From Elephas maximus (lineage: Eukaryota), in NCBI RefSeq assembly GCF_024166365.1, contig NC_064841.1, positions 46,375,680-46,439,679 on the forward strand: a DNA stretch of 64,000 nt. Reading direction: 5' to 3'. Below the pieces are notes generated by a model. It was given only the letters and a program-made list of their open reading frames with translations. It was not told the DNA's origin and did not search any database. Made by a program: the position numbers and the translations under genes. Position 1 is the first letter of the stretch. Every line of letters starts with the position of its first letter. Of this stretch, positions 1-10,705 are shown piece by piece.

Positions 1-520
1 TTTATCTTCTTAGGGGCTACTGTAGATGGTATTGATTTGGTGATTTCCTCTTTGACATTCCCTTTGTTGATGAAGAGGAATCCAACTGATTTATATACGT
101 TTATCTTGTATTCTGATACACTACTAAACTTTTCTATTAGTTTCAGTAGCTTTCCTGAGGACTCTTCAGGTTTTTCTGTGTAAAAGATCATGTCATCTGC
201 AAACAGAGGTATCTTTACTTTTTCTTTGCCAATATAAAAAAAAAAAACCACTGACTCATATGGATGCCCTTTATTTCTTTATCTAGCCTAATAGCTCTGG
301 CTAGGACCTCTAGCACAATGTTGAATAAGAATGGTGATAAAGGGCATCCTTGTCTGGTTCCTGTTCTCAAGGGGAATGCTTTCAGTCTCTCTCTGATAAG
401 ATAATGTTGGCTGTTGGCTTTGTATAAATGCCCTTAATAATGTTTAGTAATTTTCCTTCTATTCCTACTTTGCTGAGAGTTTTTATCGTGAAATGGGTGT
501 TGGACTTTAAAACTTTTTTT
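1..520 (-). mobile_element. L1 LINE fragment, ORF2 reverse-transcriptase region. It continues beyond the window start.
   Basis: The reverse complement matches the L1 ORF2 sequence at 40166-40700 and 46100-46540 at nucleotide level, including [29 protein letters not shown]... Confidence 0.85.
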
Positions 521-2652
521 TTTTTTAATATTTTGTCCAGAAATTAAAACTCTTATTGACAGAATTAGTCATATACAAGTTCTTTCACTATTCCAAGAAC
601 AAGAAGTTTCTCTTCATCCCTATTTTCATCATTCCTTTTTAGTCTAGTGCAGGTCAAACAGACTAAAAATCAGCTAACTCATCTACCCTGGATTATGAAA
701 AGGCTGACATTTTAGAGGTGGTGGCAGTTCACTTCATCTACAAATACAGGTTAATTGCTTAATATTTATTTTATAAGAAAAATATCTTAGAACAGGACTA
801 GCATTTGAACTTCAAGCCACTTGCTGGATGTCTAAGATCTCCTCATCCATCCCTTCATTGTCAGAAGAAGAAACTGAGATCCAGAGAGGCTGAAGTCCTT
901 GCTCTGGAAGACAACTGGCAAGATGCTCTTCAAATTTGTTTTGTCTTCCTGGGCACAAAACTAAACTACATTTCCTAGTCCCTTTGTACCTGGATAACTA
1001 GTTCTGGCCATATTTTCTCTCTTTTCCTCCTGTCTGCCAGGTGACAGATGCCAGAGTAATCTTTTTGTATTTTTCCACCAGGGCAATTTTAAAGCTACAT
1101 ATTAAAGATTACAAAGCCTCAGTATGGAAGGAGTCTGGTTCTCTAAATGCTCTGTCCTTGCTGACCAATGTTTGACAGTGATGTGAGTAAAAAATAATCT
1201 ATTATTGTATTAAGCTGTGTTAAACTCAGTTAAAACCAAGGTTTTCTTTTTTTTTGAGTAGTCAGTGCTACTTATGCTAATAAATTTGTGTGGTATGACT
1301 AAAATTAATCCCCTACCTTTTGCTGGTCAACAAATATAATCCCACTTATACATTAGTTACATAATTACTATTATACTATTCAAAAAAAATAATTTATAAC
1401 AATTAATGTGCTGGAAAAAATAGCGACTTACCTAGAGATCGAATGCCTTTTTGTTCAAGAAAGCTGTTTAAAAAATTTGTATTAAGGTTTAATATAAATC
1501 CCAGTTCTGGAGTAAGTTTCCAGAAGCCATCCTATAAAATTAAGAAAACGAATTTAAGTCACATCATTAGAATTTCATCACATAATAAGTTTCCACTATT
1601 TCAATTCGGTTAATTGAAACATTTCTGAAAATTTTGTTACCATAAAATCAAAGCTCTTCATAGACTAGTGATACAGAATTGTTTTGAATCTCATAAACAC
1701 TATGACACTAAGTATCTAAAGTCATTTAAATAAAGAAGTTCATGTGTAGAGAGTTTAAAAAATGGTATTTTCTATTTTTTTGTTTTTGTTCTAGCAATGC
1801 TTTGAACCAGTGTGTCAGACTTTTAAATATCATTATCTCTTTTGTTCAACATAAAAAAATTGGCCTTCAGAGTCTAAAACTTGAAAATTGTACTTTTCTA
1901 AATATAAAATTTAATATTGAACATGCTTTTTGAAACTACATATATACTTCCCTGTATCTACCATCTCCTGTCCTCCTCAGCTAAGAGCCACTACTTCAAA
2001 GACTGATCTTTATCACATGCTCATGAAAGCATGGTAAGCCTGAAGATGGCGATCCTAACCTTGAAGGAGATAGACCGAGGTCTTAGGGAAACTAACATAG
2101 GAAGCAGAAATGAGGATGCAGTCATAAGCAGGTGCACAGGTTAAAGGATCTATGCCAAGAACTTTAAAAAATAAGAACATGAATAATACGTGCCAACCCA
2201 AATTGAACTAATGTCAGGTACACTTTTTTTTATCTTTTCAGCAACTTCTTATGTAAGGATTATTATTACACTCACTTTGCAGATGAAGACACAAGGTCCA
2301 GAAAGGTGAAATTAACTTGTTTAAAGTCACACTGCTGATACGCAGCAGAACCAGGATTTAAAATCCAATAGTATGGCTCTAGGGCCCACAATCTTGACTA
2401 ACTGCTATACTCCTTCCCACACTGCTTTTATGTACATTATCTCATGTAAGGAAAGCTGGGCAGCTGTTATTATCCTGTTTAAACATCACAAACATTCTAG
2501 GAGGCAGACACTATTACTATCCCCATAATATGGATGAAGAAATTGAAACTCAAAAACGTTATCTGACTTGCCTAAAATCAAAAGTGGTAGGGCTGGGACT
2601 CAGACTTAGTCTTATCATACTAAATCAAGCTGCCTTTTCACTTTACTATTTA

Positions 2653-2706
2653 AAATAAATAAATAAATAAATAAACAAACAAATAAATAAATAAATAAAT
2701 AAATAG
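2653..2706. repeat. (TAAA)n / (AAAT)n microsatellite.
   Basis: Direct tandem taaa units with a few c substitutions. Confidence 0.95.
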
Positions 2707-3044
2707 AGATGTGAGATTGGGCCTTGGTTTTTATAGGCTGTTTATTAGCTTAACAAAAGAAATAATAAGTTCTAACCACAATTATACTAAATCATATCTA
2801 TATTTCAAAGACATTATGTAGAAATTATTTAGGCTATACTTCCAGCACTTGCGCTTTACTTCCAAAAGGAAATTTACATAAATTTCAATTCATCAGTTTT
2901 TTAGCTTACTCTATGACCTGTGCAGGGATGTTAATGTTCAACTAAGGAATATTAGCGTGCACTAGAATGATGTTTCAGATTAACACTTAACAGAGAAACA
3001 CCAGTCAAATACATCACGAAGTACATTTTTTAGTTCAGTGGACT

Positions 3045-3050
3045 TATTTA
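3045..3050 (-). promoter_or_regulatory. Candidate polyadenylation signal AATAAA downstream of the large terminal ORF.
   Basis: The minus strand reads AATAAATAAG about 86 nt 3' of the stop at 3136. AATAAA hexamers are common in AT-rich DNA. Confidence 0.2.
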
Positions 3051-3135
3051 TTTACGGGTAGCAAGATTTCCTTGATGAAGGAAGTGATCTGTTGATTTGT
3101 TGTTTATGACCAAGGGATGGTCATAAACTATGAAG

Positions 3136-4227
3136 CTAACTAACTACAGGCTTAAAAAGAAATAAGATCAATACCTCAGTTTGTAGACTGAAGAGTTTAG
3201 TCCAAGGCACAAAATTCCTCCAGCTTTTTCTGCAGACTTTGTCATCCTCATTATTTTGTGCCTGAAAGCTTGAGGTAAAATCACTTCTTGTTACATCAGA
3301 TTTTGCTACCCTTTTTGAAAACCTACGTGCTTGAAGCACTGGCCTTTCATTACTTTTCATTTCAGAAGAACTTTCATGAATTGAGGCAGTCCAAAGATCA
3401 TGTTGGGGAGCATGTGACAATACATTTCCAGCAGAAAGAGTTAATGGAAAAGAAACTCCTGACTCACTGCTAGCAAACCCAAGTACATCTATTGGTGGCT
3501 TATAATTGGCACTCAAAGGACCCAGAGAATTTTGAAAATGAAGAGGAGAGGGAACGCCAAAACCTGTGGCTGAAACAGGGGGAGGAACTCTAGGAACAGG
3601 AAGAAAAAGATGTGGTCTGGGAGTAGAACTGCCACTTCCATAGATCTCATGGTCTTGGTAAATTTTAGATCGATCAATCTGTTTGGAGCCAAACAATACA
3701 GGTGAAAAAAGAGAAGAGGCACGGGATCTAAAAGGTGGGTTCTGGGGTGGCAGCCTGGAAGGGAAATCCAACTTAACAGAAATGTCAGTACAACTGTCAG
3801 TCTCAAGGTCTTGGTCATATTTAGATGGACCAAACTGTCTGAGACTAGCAGGAGAACCAAAAACAGAGTTCTGAGGAGAGCTGGGAGGGGAGAGAGAAGC
3901 AGAATCAACGTGAAAGGCACCTAGGGGAGTGGGTGCAGCATCAAGAGAAAGAGAAGGCTTGAAAACAGCATTTTTTCTGTTTAAAGAGGATTTCCTAAAT
4001 TGTGCTTTAATTCCTCTTTTTTTTAATGAATTCATCCAGCTTAAATCCAATGGCTTTGCCACAAGTCTACATTCAGAATTGCATATTGAAGGTTGTACTG
4101 GTAGTTGTGTGGCTAAATTAAACACTTCAACATCTTCAGACACTTCCATCTTGAGTGATTTAACTTCTCTTTCAGTCAAAGATTTGGGTTGCAACTCTTC
4201 GTTCAGTTCAGAGGATGCTGAAACAAT
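3136..4227 (-). CDS. Large Ser/Pro-rich coding exon, probably the C-terminal exon of the same VWA5B-like gene. It runs IVSASSELNEELQPKSLTEREV...KVCRKSWRNFVPWTKLFSLQTEVLILFLFKPVVS*.
   Basis: An uninterrupted ORF of 1.1 kb is very unlikely by chance in AT-rich DNA. The acceptor cattacaattttctcttctgggtag| lies at 4228-4229, and its own TAG is the in-frame upstream stop. The ORF-track start at 4194 is a TTG, not ATG. The exon ends either at the stop codon (3136-3138), with an AATAAA on the minus strand about 90 nt downstream at 3045-3050, or at a possible donor ACTGAG|gtattg at 3175. Its N-terminal residues weakly resemble VWA5A GVISSFTAFIAINKEL. Confidence 0.45.
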   Translation of the reverse strand: MVSASSELNEELQPKSLTEREVKSLKMEVSEDVEVFNLATQLPVQPSICNSECRLVAKPLDLSWMNSLKKRGIKAQFRKSSLNRKNAVFKPSLSLDAAPTPLGAFHVDSASLSPPSSPQNSVFGSPASLRQFGPSKYDQDLETDSCTDISVKLDFPSRLPPQNPPFRSRASSLFSPVLFGSKQIDRSKIYQDHEIYGSGSSTPRPHLFLPVPRVPPPVSATGFGVPSPLHFQNSLGPLSANYKPPIDVLGFASSESGVSFPLTLSAGNVLSHAPQHDLWTASIHESSSEMKSNERPVLQARRFSKRVAKSDVTRSDFTSSFQAQNNEDDKVCRKSWRNFVPWTKLFSLQTEVLILFLFKPVVS

Positions 4228-5611
4228 CTACCCAGAAGAGAAAATTGTAATGTAAGAAGAAAATACAGAATAAAACTAACAATCCAACAAGCATACTGAA
4301 GACTTTCTTGTAGTCAAGCAATTGTTTACGCCAGATCTTGAGTCCCAGAATCAGGATCATCGACATGAGCAAAAACATTGAAGATAAAACCAGAGATCTT
4401 CAGTATCATTTAAGTATGACTCCCTCATTTTATAAATATGGAATTTGAGGCCTGGAGAGAATGTCAGCAATAAATATATCAGGTACTTAAAGCTTTTCAT
4501 CTCTTTAGAATCACAGAACTTTAAGCACTCCTCATTTTACGTATGAGGAAACTGAAAACCATAGGAATAGAGTGACTTGCCCAAAATGTTACAATTAGCA
4601 GAATTACAGTCTGTAAATTAGCCCTAAAATAAGCTAACGATTTGAAGTAATTTTTTCTAGTTTTTTATCCTGGTTTTCAGCAATATTAAGAAACTGAGAA
4701 AAATGAAAAGATATTTCAAAGGCTTTAATTAAAGTAACTAAATGAATGTATCTTCATACCAGAGTAGAACAATATGGATAACACAGGGGAATGAAAAGAT
4801 GCTATTTTACTATTATTTCAATCTAAATATGGTGTCCCTTAAAAAGCTGCATATAATCAAATCAAGTTTCATACGCACGGTAAGTTCTTTAGCTTTAATA
4901 CTTTTGTAAATAATTAGTCCCTAAATGCATCAAAGTAAATGAGCTTTTAAAAAAGCAGTACCCCTTTTCCAACTCAGCCAAGTTCCAAGCATACATTTAA
5001 ATAATTAATACTACAAAACACATAATAAAACACACATTTAAAAACAATATTTTTTAAACAATGTTTATCTGGTTCAGAAATATTTTTTGGAATTAGACAA
5101 GCAATCCAAAAAGAACAATAGCGATGTATTAGGTCCATCAGATGTTAAAGCATTTTCTAATAACTACAATAACTAAAATGGATAGATCAATGGAACAGAG
5201 CAGATAGTCAAGCAATATACCCCTAAACATGGGTATTTAGAAGATGAAAAGGGTATTTCAAATCAGTGGGAGAAAAGGAATAATCACTCAATAAACAGTA
5301 TTGGGAGAAGTGGGTAGCCATCTGGAAAAGAATAAAAAAGTTGGTTCCATACTTCTTATTTTATATCAGGAAAAATTCAAACTGCATGAGCAATTTCAGG
5401 GAATTCACATTACTAAGGGCTCATTTCCCAAATATATAAACTTTCCTAAAATAAATAAGAAAATGACTAACAAACAGCACAATAAAAAAGTACAAAAGAC
5501 ATGAACAGACAGTTCATAAAAAGGGAGATATGTAGACCCTTAAGAATAGGAAAACATGCTCTTCATTCATAAAGAACAAAATGAAAATTAAGAAGTCACT
5601 AATACATTTTT

Positions 5612-5722
5612 ATTTTTTTTTCAACAACTGTAAGGATGGCTCAGGACCAGGCAATGTTTCCTTTTGTTGTACAAAGGGTCGCTATGAGCCGGAACCGACT
5701 CGACGCCACCGAACAACACCAC
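5612..5722 (+). mobile_element. RTE-tail / AfroSINE 3' tail fragment.
   Basis: It contains ggctcaggaccaggcaatgtttcc...gggtcgctatgagccggaaccgactcgacg, the conserved RTE/AfroSINE tail. Confidence 0.7.
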
Positions 5723-5759
5723 CACCAATACATTTTTCACCTATTTTGTTCGTACATTA

Positions 5760-7005
5760 AGTGTTGTTATTGTTAGGTGTTGTCGAGTCAGTGCCGACTC
5801 ACAGCGACCCCATGTACAACAGAATGAAACGTTGCCTGGTCCCGTGCCATCCTCACAATCATTGCTGTGTTTGAGCCTATTGTTGCAGCCGCTGTCTTAG
5901 TTATCTAGTGCTGCTATAACAGAAATACCACAAGTGGATGGCTTTAACAAAGAGAAATTTGTTTTCTCACAGTCTAATAGGCTAGAAGTCCAAGTTCAGG
6001 GCATCAGCTCCAGGGGAATGCTTTCTCTCTGTCGGCTCTGGGGGAAGGTCCTTCTCATCAATCTTCCCCTGGACTAGGAGCTTCTCTGCACAGGAACCCC
6101 GGGTCCAAAGGATGCACTCTGCTCCTGGTGCTGCTTTCTTGGTGGTATGAGGTCCCCTTGTCTCACTGCTCACTTCTCTCTTTTATATTTCAAAAGAGAT
6201 TGGCTCAAGACATGAGCCAATCTCGTAGATTGAGTCCTGCCTCATTAACATAACTGCCACCTATCCCATCTCATTAATGTCAAAGGGGTAGAATTTACAA
6301 CACATAGGGAAATCACATCAGATGACAAAATGGTGAACAATTACAATACTGGGAATCGTGGCCTAGCCAAACTGGTAACACATATTTCAGGGGACACAAT
6401 TCAATCCATGACAGTCACTGTGTCAATCCATCTCATTGAGGATCTTCCTCTTTCTCACTGACCCTCTACTTTACCAAGCATGATGTCGTTCTACAGGGAC
6501 TGGATCCTGCTGATAATATGTCCAAAGTACATGAGACCATGTCTTGCCATCCTCACTTCTGAGGCGCATTCTAGCTGTACTTCTTCCAAAATAGATTTGC
6601 TCAATCTTTTGGCAGTCCATGGTATATTCAATATTCTTCACCAACACCATAATTCAAATGCATCTATACTTCTTCAGTCTTCCTTATTCACTGTCCAGCT
6701 TTCACATGCATATGAGGTGGCTAAAAATACCATGGTTTGGGTCAAGTGCACCTTAGCCCTCAGAGTGACATCTTTGCTTTTTAACACTTTAAAGAGGTCT
6801 TTTGCAGCAGATCTGCCCAATTCAATACAATGTTTGATTTCTTGACTGCTGCTTCCATTTATAGTAGCAAACTATTCACAGAGTTCTCCACAATACAAAC
6901 AGAGCTGCCTTATTCTTTATAACGGTAGTATAGATGTTGCTAGACTGCCCTCCAAAGAGGTTGTACTGATTTACACTCCCACCAGCTTGGAGGAAAGTGC
7001 CTTTA
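5760..7005 (-). mobile_element. RTE/BovB-type LINE 3' portion, antisense. It carries a roughly 520-bp foreign insertion at about 5897-6418.
   Basis: The reverse complement of the RTE tail is at 5770-5895 and the reverse complement of the RTE ORF C-terminus at 6420-6850. The track ORF 6480..6845 on the plus strand is its antisense reading. The RTE sequence ...gttgcagcc(a/g)ctgtc|...|cactgtgtcaatccatc is split by the insert, with a short ctgtc-type duplication at both edges. Confidence 0.7.
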
Positions 7006-7007
7006 CC

Positions 7008-7540
7008 ACTTTTTTTTTTTTTTTTTTTACACCTTATTGTACTTTAAGTGAAAGTTTATATAGCAAATTAGTTTTTCCATCAACATTCCATGCACAAACT
7101 GTTCCATGACATTGGTTGCAATCCCTGCAACATGTCAGCCCTATTCCCATTTCCTCCCTGGCTTTCTTGTTTTCATTCATCCAGTGTCCCTGCCCCTCCC
7201 TGCTTTTTCATCTTGCTTTTGGGCAATCACTACCCTTTTGGTCCTGTACAATTGATTATTCTAAGGAGCACATTCCTCATGGGTATTATTGTTTATTTTA
7301 TAGGCTGAGAGGTGGTCTCTGGGAGTATCTTCAGTTTCCGTTAGAAGGCTGTCTTAGGGCATTAGTCTCAGGGGTTCCTCCAGTCTCTATCAGACTATTT
7401 CCAGGCACTCTTGCTAATAATAATGCTGACATTATTGAATGCCTACCAAGAACCAGACATGTTCTAAGGGTCTTACATGTACTAATTCATTTACTATTCA
7501 CAACTCTATGAGTCAGGTTCAATTATTGTCACCATTTTAG
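7008..7540 (-). mobile_element. L1 3'UTR/3' end with poly(A), seen as poly-T at 7008-7030. It is 5'-truncated.
   Basis: The reverse complement resembles the 3' terminus of the elephant-type L1 3'UTR (...gacttgatttgtaaactttcacttaaagcacaataaaaa). It has the same structure as 58857-59400. Confidence 0.65.
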
Positions 7541-8092
7541 AGCACAAAGAATTGGAGCATGACTGCCCTGACAGGGAACACAACAGAGAACCCCTGAGGG
7601 AGCAGGAGAACAGTGGGACACAGGCCCCAAATTCTCATAAAAAGACCCGGTTAAATGGTCTGACTGAGACTAGAAGGACCCTTGCGGTCATGGTCTCCAA
7701 ACCTGTTGGCTCAGGACAGGAACCATTCCTGAAGCCAACTCGTGAGACATGGATTGGACTGGACAGTGGGTTGGAGAGAGATGCTGAAGAGGAGTAAGCT
7801 ACTTGCATCAGGCGGGTACTTCAGACTATGTTGGCATCTCCTGTCTGGAGGGGAGATGAGAGGGTAGAGGGTGTTAGAAGCTGGCAAAATAGTCACGAAA
7901 AGAGAGACTGGAAGGAGGGAGTGGGCTGTCTCATTGGGGGGAGAGTAATTGAGAGTATGTAGTAAGGTGTATTTTTTTTTTTAGTAAGGTGTATATAAGT
8001 TTTTATGTGAGAGACTGACTTGATTTGTAAACTTTCACTTAAAGCACAATAAAAATTATTTAAAAAAAAAAGAATATATACAAAAAAAAAAA
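7540..8092 (+). mobile_element. L1 3'UTR/3' end with poly(A). It is 5'-truncated.
   Basis: It is near-identical in structure to 48530-49018 and 50000-50500 (...gactgacttgatttgtaaactttcacttaaagcacaataaaaattatttaaaaaaaaa). Confidence 0.85.
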
Positions 8093-8284
8093 AAAAAGAA
8101 CTGGTGCACTGAGAGGTTATGGTCACATAGCTAGTTAAGTGGGGTGGGGATTCAAACCATAACTCCTGTTTTCTTAACCACTATATTTTCTGACCTTCCA
8201 CTTATCTTCCTTTTTTGATCTTTGCCATTCTGATAGATTTAAAAAAAAAAAAAAACAGAATTTCACTGGATTCTTAATTGGCAT

Positions 8285-8620
8285 TTCTCTTGGCAACCAT
8301 GAGGTTGAGTAGCTTTCATATGTTTGAGTCATACTATTTCTTTATATATGATCAAATCCTTTGCCTATTTTCCTATGGGATTACTGGTCTTTTTAATAAT
8401 TTTTAAGAGCTCTTTACATGTTAAAAAAGTTAATCTGTGTCTGTTGCAAATATTTTTTCCCAGTTCATTATTGTCTTTGAATTTTATTTGTCATATGTCT
8501 AAATCTCTTGCAGATTTTTGAAACACTATTCAAAGAGCACCTTGCTGCTAGCTTTTTAATATAGTTTTGGTTTGTAGCCTTGGTTCATTCCAAAATAGGA
8601 TTTCAGATGGCTAGTTGTGC
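8285..8620 (-). mobile_element. Older L1 ORF2 fragment, antisense.
   Basis: The plus strand reads the characteristic antisense-L1 text (...tttgcctattttcctatgggattactggtctttttaataatttttaagagctctttacatgtt...). Confidence 0.6.
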
Positions 8621-9145
8621 CATGCCCACTCATCCAGCCCTGCCACAACCCATCTATTCTGTGGCAACTACATGGGTGCTCTTTTATCTAATAGGGTTGT
8701 AACTAGGGAAGTGTGATGGTTAAGGTTGTGTGTTGACTTGGCTGGGCCATGATTCTCAGTGGTTTGGCAGTTATGTAATGATGTACTCACCTCCATAATG
8801 AGATCTGATATAATGTAATCATCATGATGAGATCTGTTATGAGCAGTCAATCAGTTGAAAGGGAGTTTCCTTGGGGCCCCCTGGAGTGAATGATTTTAAT
8901 TTTCTGTTTACCTATCCATGAATGAAGCCTAACCACACTTGTTCTCTTGTACTTTACAACTACCCTCTCAGTTAAAATGTCTGATACGTTTTCCTCGATC
9001 ATGCACATTTTCGTAAATGTGCAAAAATTTTTCATCATCAGGGAGACAACAGTTTTTGCATATACAGGTCATAAGAGTGCTATTGCAGATTCGTCACCAA
9101 CATGGAAATATAAAAATACCAACTTATTTGGTAATTAACATTTAC

Positions 9146-9268
9146 CTGTGTCATGCCGGCATCTGATTGCTCCTCCTGCCAAGTTATATATGGCAGAAAG
9201 TCCACATCTTCTTTGGCAATAAGTTCCAAAATATTTGGAATATTAGGAAAAGGTAACTCATTCTCACC
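9146..9268 (-). CDS. VWA5-family gene, probable exon. It encodes GENELPFPNIPNILELIAKEDVDFLPYITWQEEQSDAGMTQ (41 codons, phase 0 to 0).
   Basis: Acceptor gattcaatatag|GGTGAG and strong donor ACACAG|gtaaat. It resembles VWA5A TFPLQPKPDVNLTIHRLAAKSLL. Confidence 0.4.
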
Positions 9269-9699
9269 CTATATTGAATCACAATTGGGTTAAACCAAAA
9301 CAGACATTATCAAATAAAATCACTACTATAATTTTAAAGCCTGTGAATGTTTAATCTGGAATATGGTTGTGTATAAGATTGGAACATGTACCCTTAGCCA
9401 CGAGTCAGTAGAATGATGTTGCTATTTGAGCACTTACTGGGGGCTGGGCACTGCATTGACTGCTTTACATGGATTTTCCTCTGCAACTTAGGAAGGAGAA
9501 ATGACCTCTCAGAGGGTAAGGGAAGTCTAGAGCCCTTTCTATTTTTTTAGGTTCTTAGATAAATAAAAGAAATGCCAAAAATGTTACAAAATTTTAGTGT
9601 ATCTTAAAAGTACATACGTTTAACTAATTAATAACATTAAAAATGATAATATATATAACCCATTAAGAGAGATCATCATAAGTCCTAATACTGATGAGA

Positions 9700-9905
9700 C
9701 CATTTGTGAATGTGAGGTGGCCCTGGTTCTATGACACTCCTGGCCTCTCCTCATCTCCACTCCTCATAAGCCATGGAAGTAGGTGTTGTTACTAGTACCA
9801 TTTCACAAATGAGAACATTGAGGCTATGTAACTTGCACAAAGCCAGTAACTGGTCTAACCAAGATTCAAGTCTGGTTCTATCTGACTTCAAGACCTTTGC
9901 TCTTA
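9700..9905 (+). mobile_element. MIR SINE.
   Basis: It carries the MIR core ...aggctatgtaacttgcacaaagccagtaactggtctaaccaagattcaagtctggttc.... Other MIR fragments lie at about 2270-2400, 4480-4600, 8095-8170, 12400-12560, 16480-16800, 17820-18060 and 19890-20160. Confidence 0.7.
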
Positions 9906-9918
9906 ACTATTGTACTAC

Positions 9919-10117
9919 ATTATGAAAAAGTGAAGAAACCTTTTTTGGGACGTATTCTTTCTTATGAACTACAGATAACTGAAGAGTAAAATTATACGAG
10001 GAAGCAATGAATTTCCCTGAAATGTCCGGATGGTGAAAATACTGCTCCTCTTTCGGAGCCACTGTGAAGTCTGAGTCGCAAAGGTGGAAGAGGAGCAGTT
10101 TATCTCTTTGGACTGGC
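9919..10117 (-). CDS. VWA5-family gene, post-VWA exon. It encodes ...PVQRDKLLLFHLCDSDFTVAPKEEQYFHHPDISGKFIASSYNFTLQLSVVHKKEYVPKK(VSSLFHN).
   Basis: Acceptor cacaatcctccaag|GCCAGTC with entry phase 2. It aligns to VWA5A QPAVEDVSLSWHLPPGLSAKMLSPEQTVIFRGQRLISYAQLTG. The 3' boundary is ambiguous between two weak donors, AAAAAG|gtttct at 9940 and CATAAT|gtagta at 9919. It is part of the 9907..10158 minus ORF. Confidence 0.5.
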
Positions 10118-10493
10118 CTTGGAGGATTGTGTGGAAATAAGAATGCCTTCTGGTGCAAATATCAAGGGTTTCCTATGGGAGTAGTCCAGCTACTGTTCCA
10201 GAAACTCATAGAGGCATCAAAAACTCAGATAACTTCAGTTACTGTCAAAGAGCAAAATAAGAGGCCAGGTAGGGATTGCAGCTCAACACAGTTCTTGTGA
10301 GACTGGAATGTGAGCTGCTACTCAGCTCTGCCATGTGAAAACGGGAATGCAGTATAGCCAGGTCATCAGATTTTTCAAGAAAATTAAGAAATCTGCGTCT
10401 TTGGGAAAAATCTCTGATAAATTTAAGTAACTAAAACAATTTTTCGAAAACACTCTCAGAATAAATAAAACACATCTGTTTAGTGGGCTGGAT

Positions 10494-10705
10494 ATGGAGC
10501 CCAGGTGGCGCAGCAGTTAAAGCACTCGGCCACTAACCAAAAGATCGACAGATCAAAGCCACCAGCCACTATGCAGGAGAAATATGTCGCAGTCTACTTC
10601 TGTAAAGATTTACAGCACTGGAAACATTATGGGGCAGTTCTGCTCCGTCCTAGGGTTTCTATGAGTCAGAATTGACTAGACAGCAATGGGTTTGGTTGGT
10701 TTTTT
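10494..10705 (+). mobile_element. AfroSINE-type tRNA-derived SINE, full length.
   Basis: It has a tRNA-like head with A-box tggcgcagcagttaa and B-box ggttcgaa-like gatcgacagatcaaagcc, then ...ggggcagttctgctccgtcctagggtttctatgagtcagaattgact..., and a GGTTT-rich tail. Confidence 0.85.
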
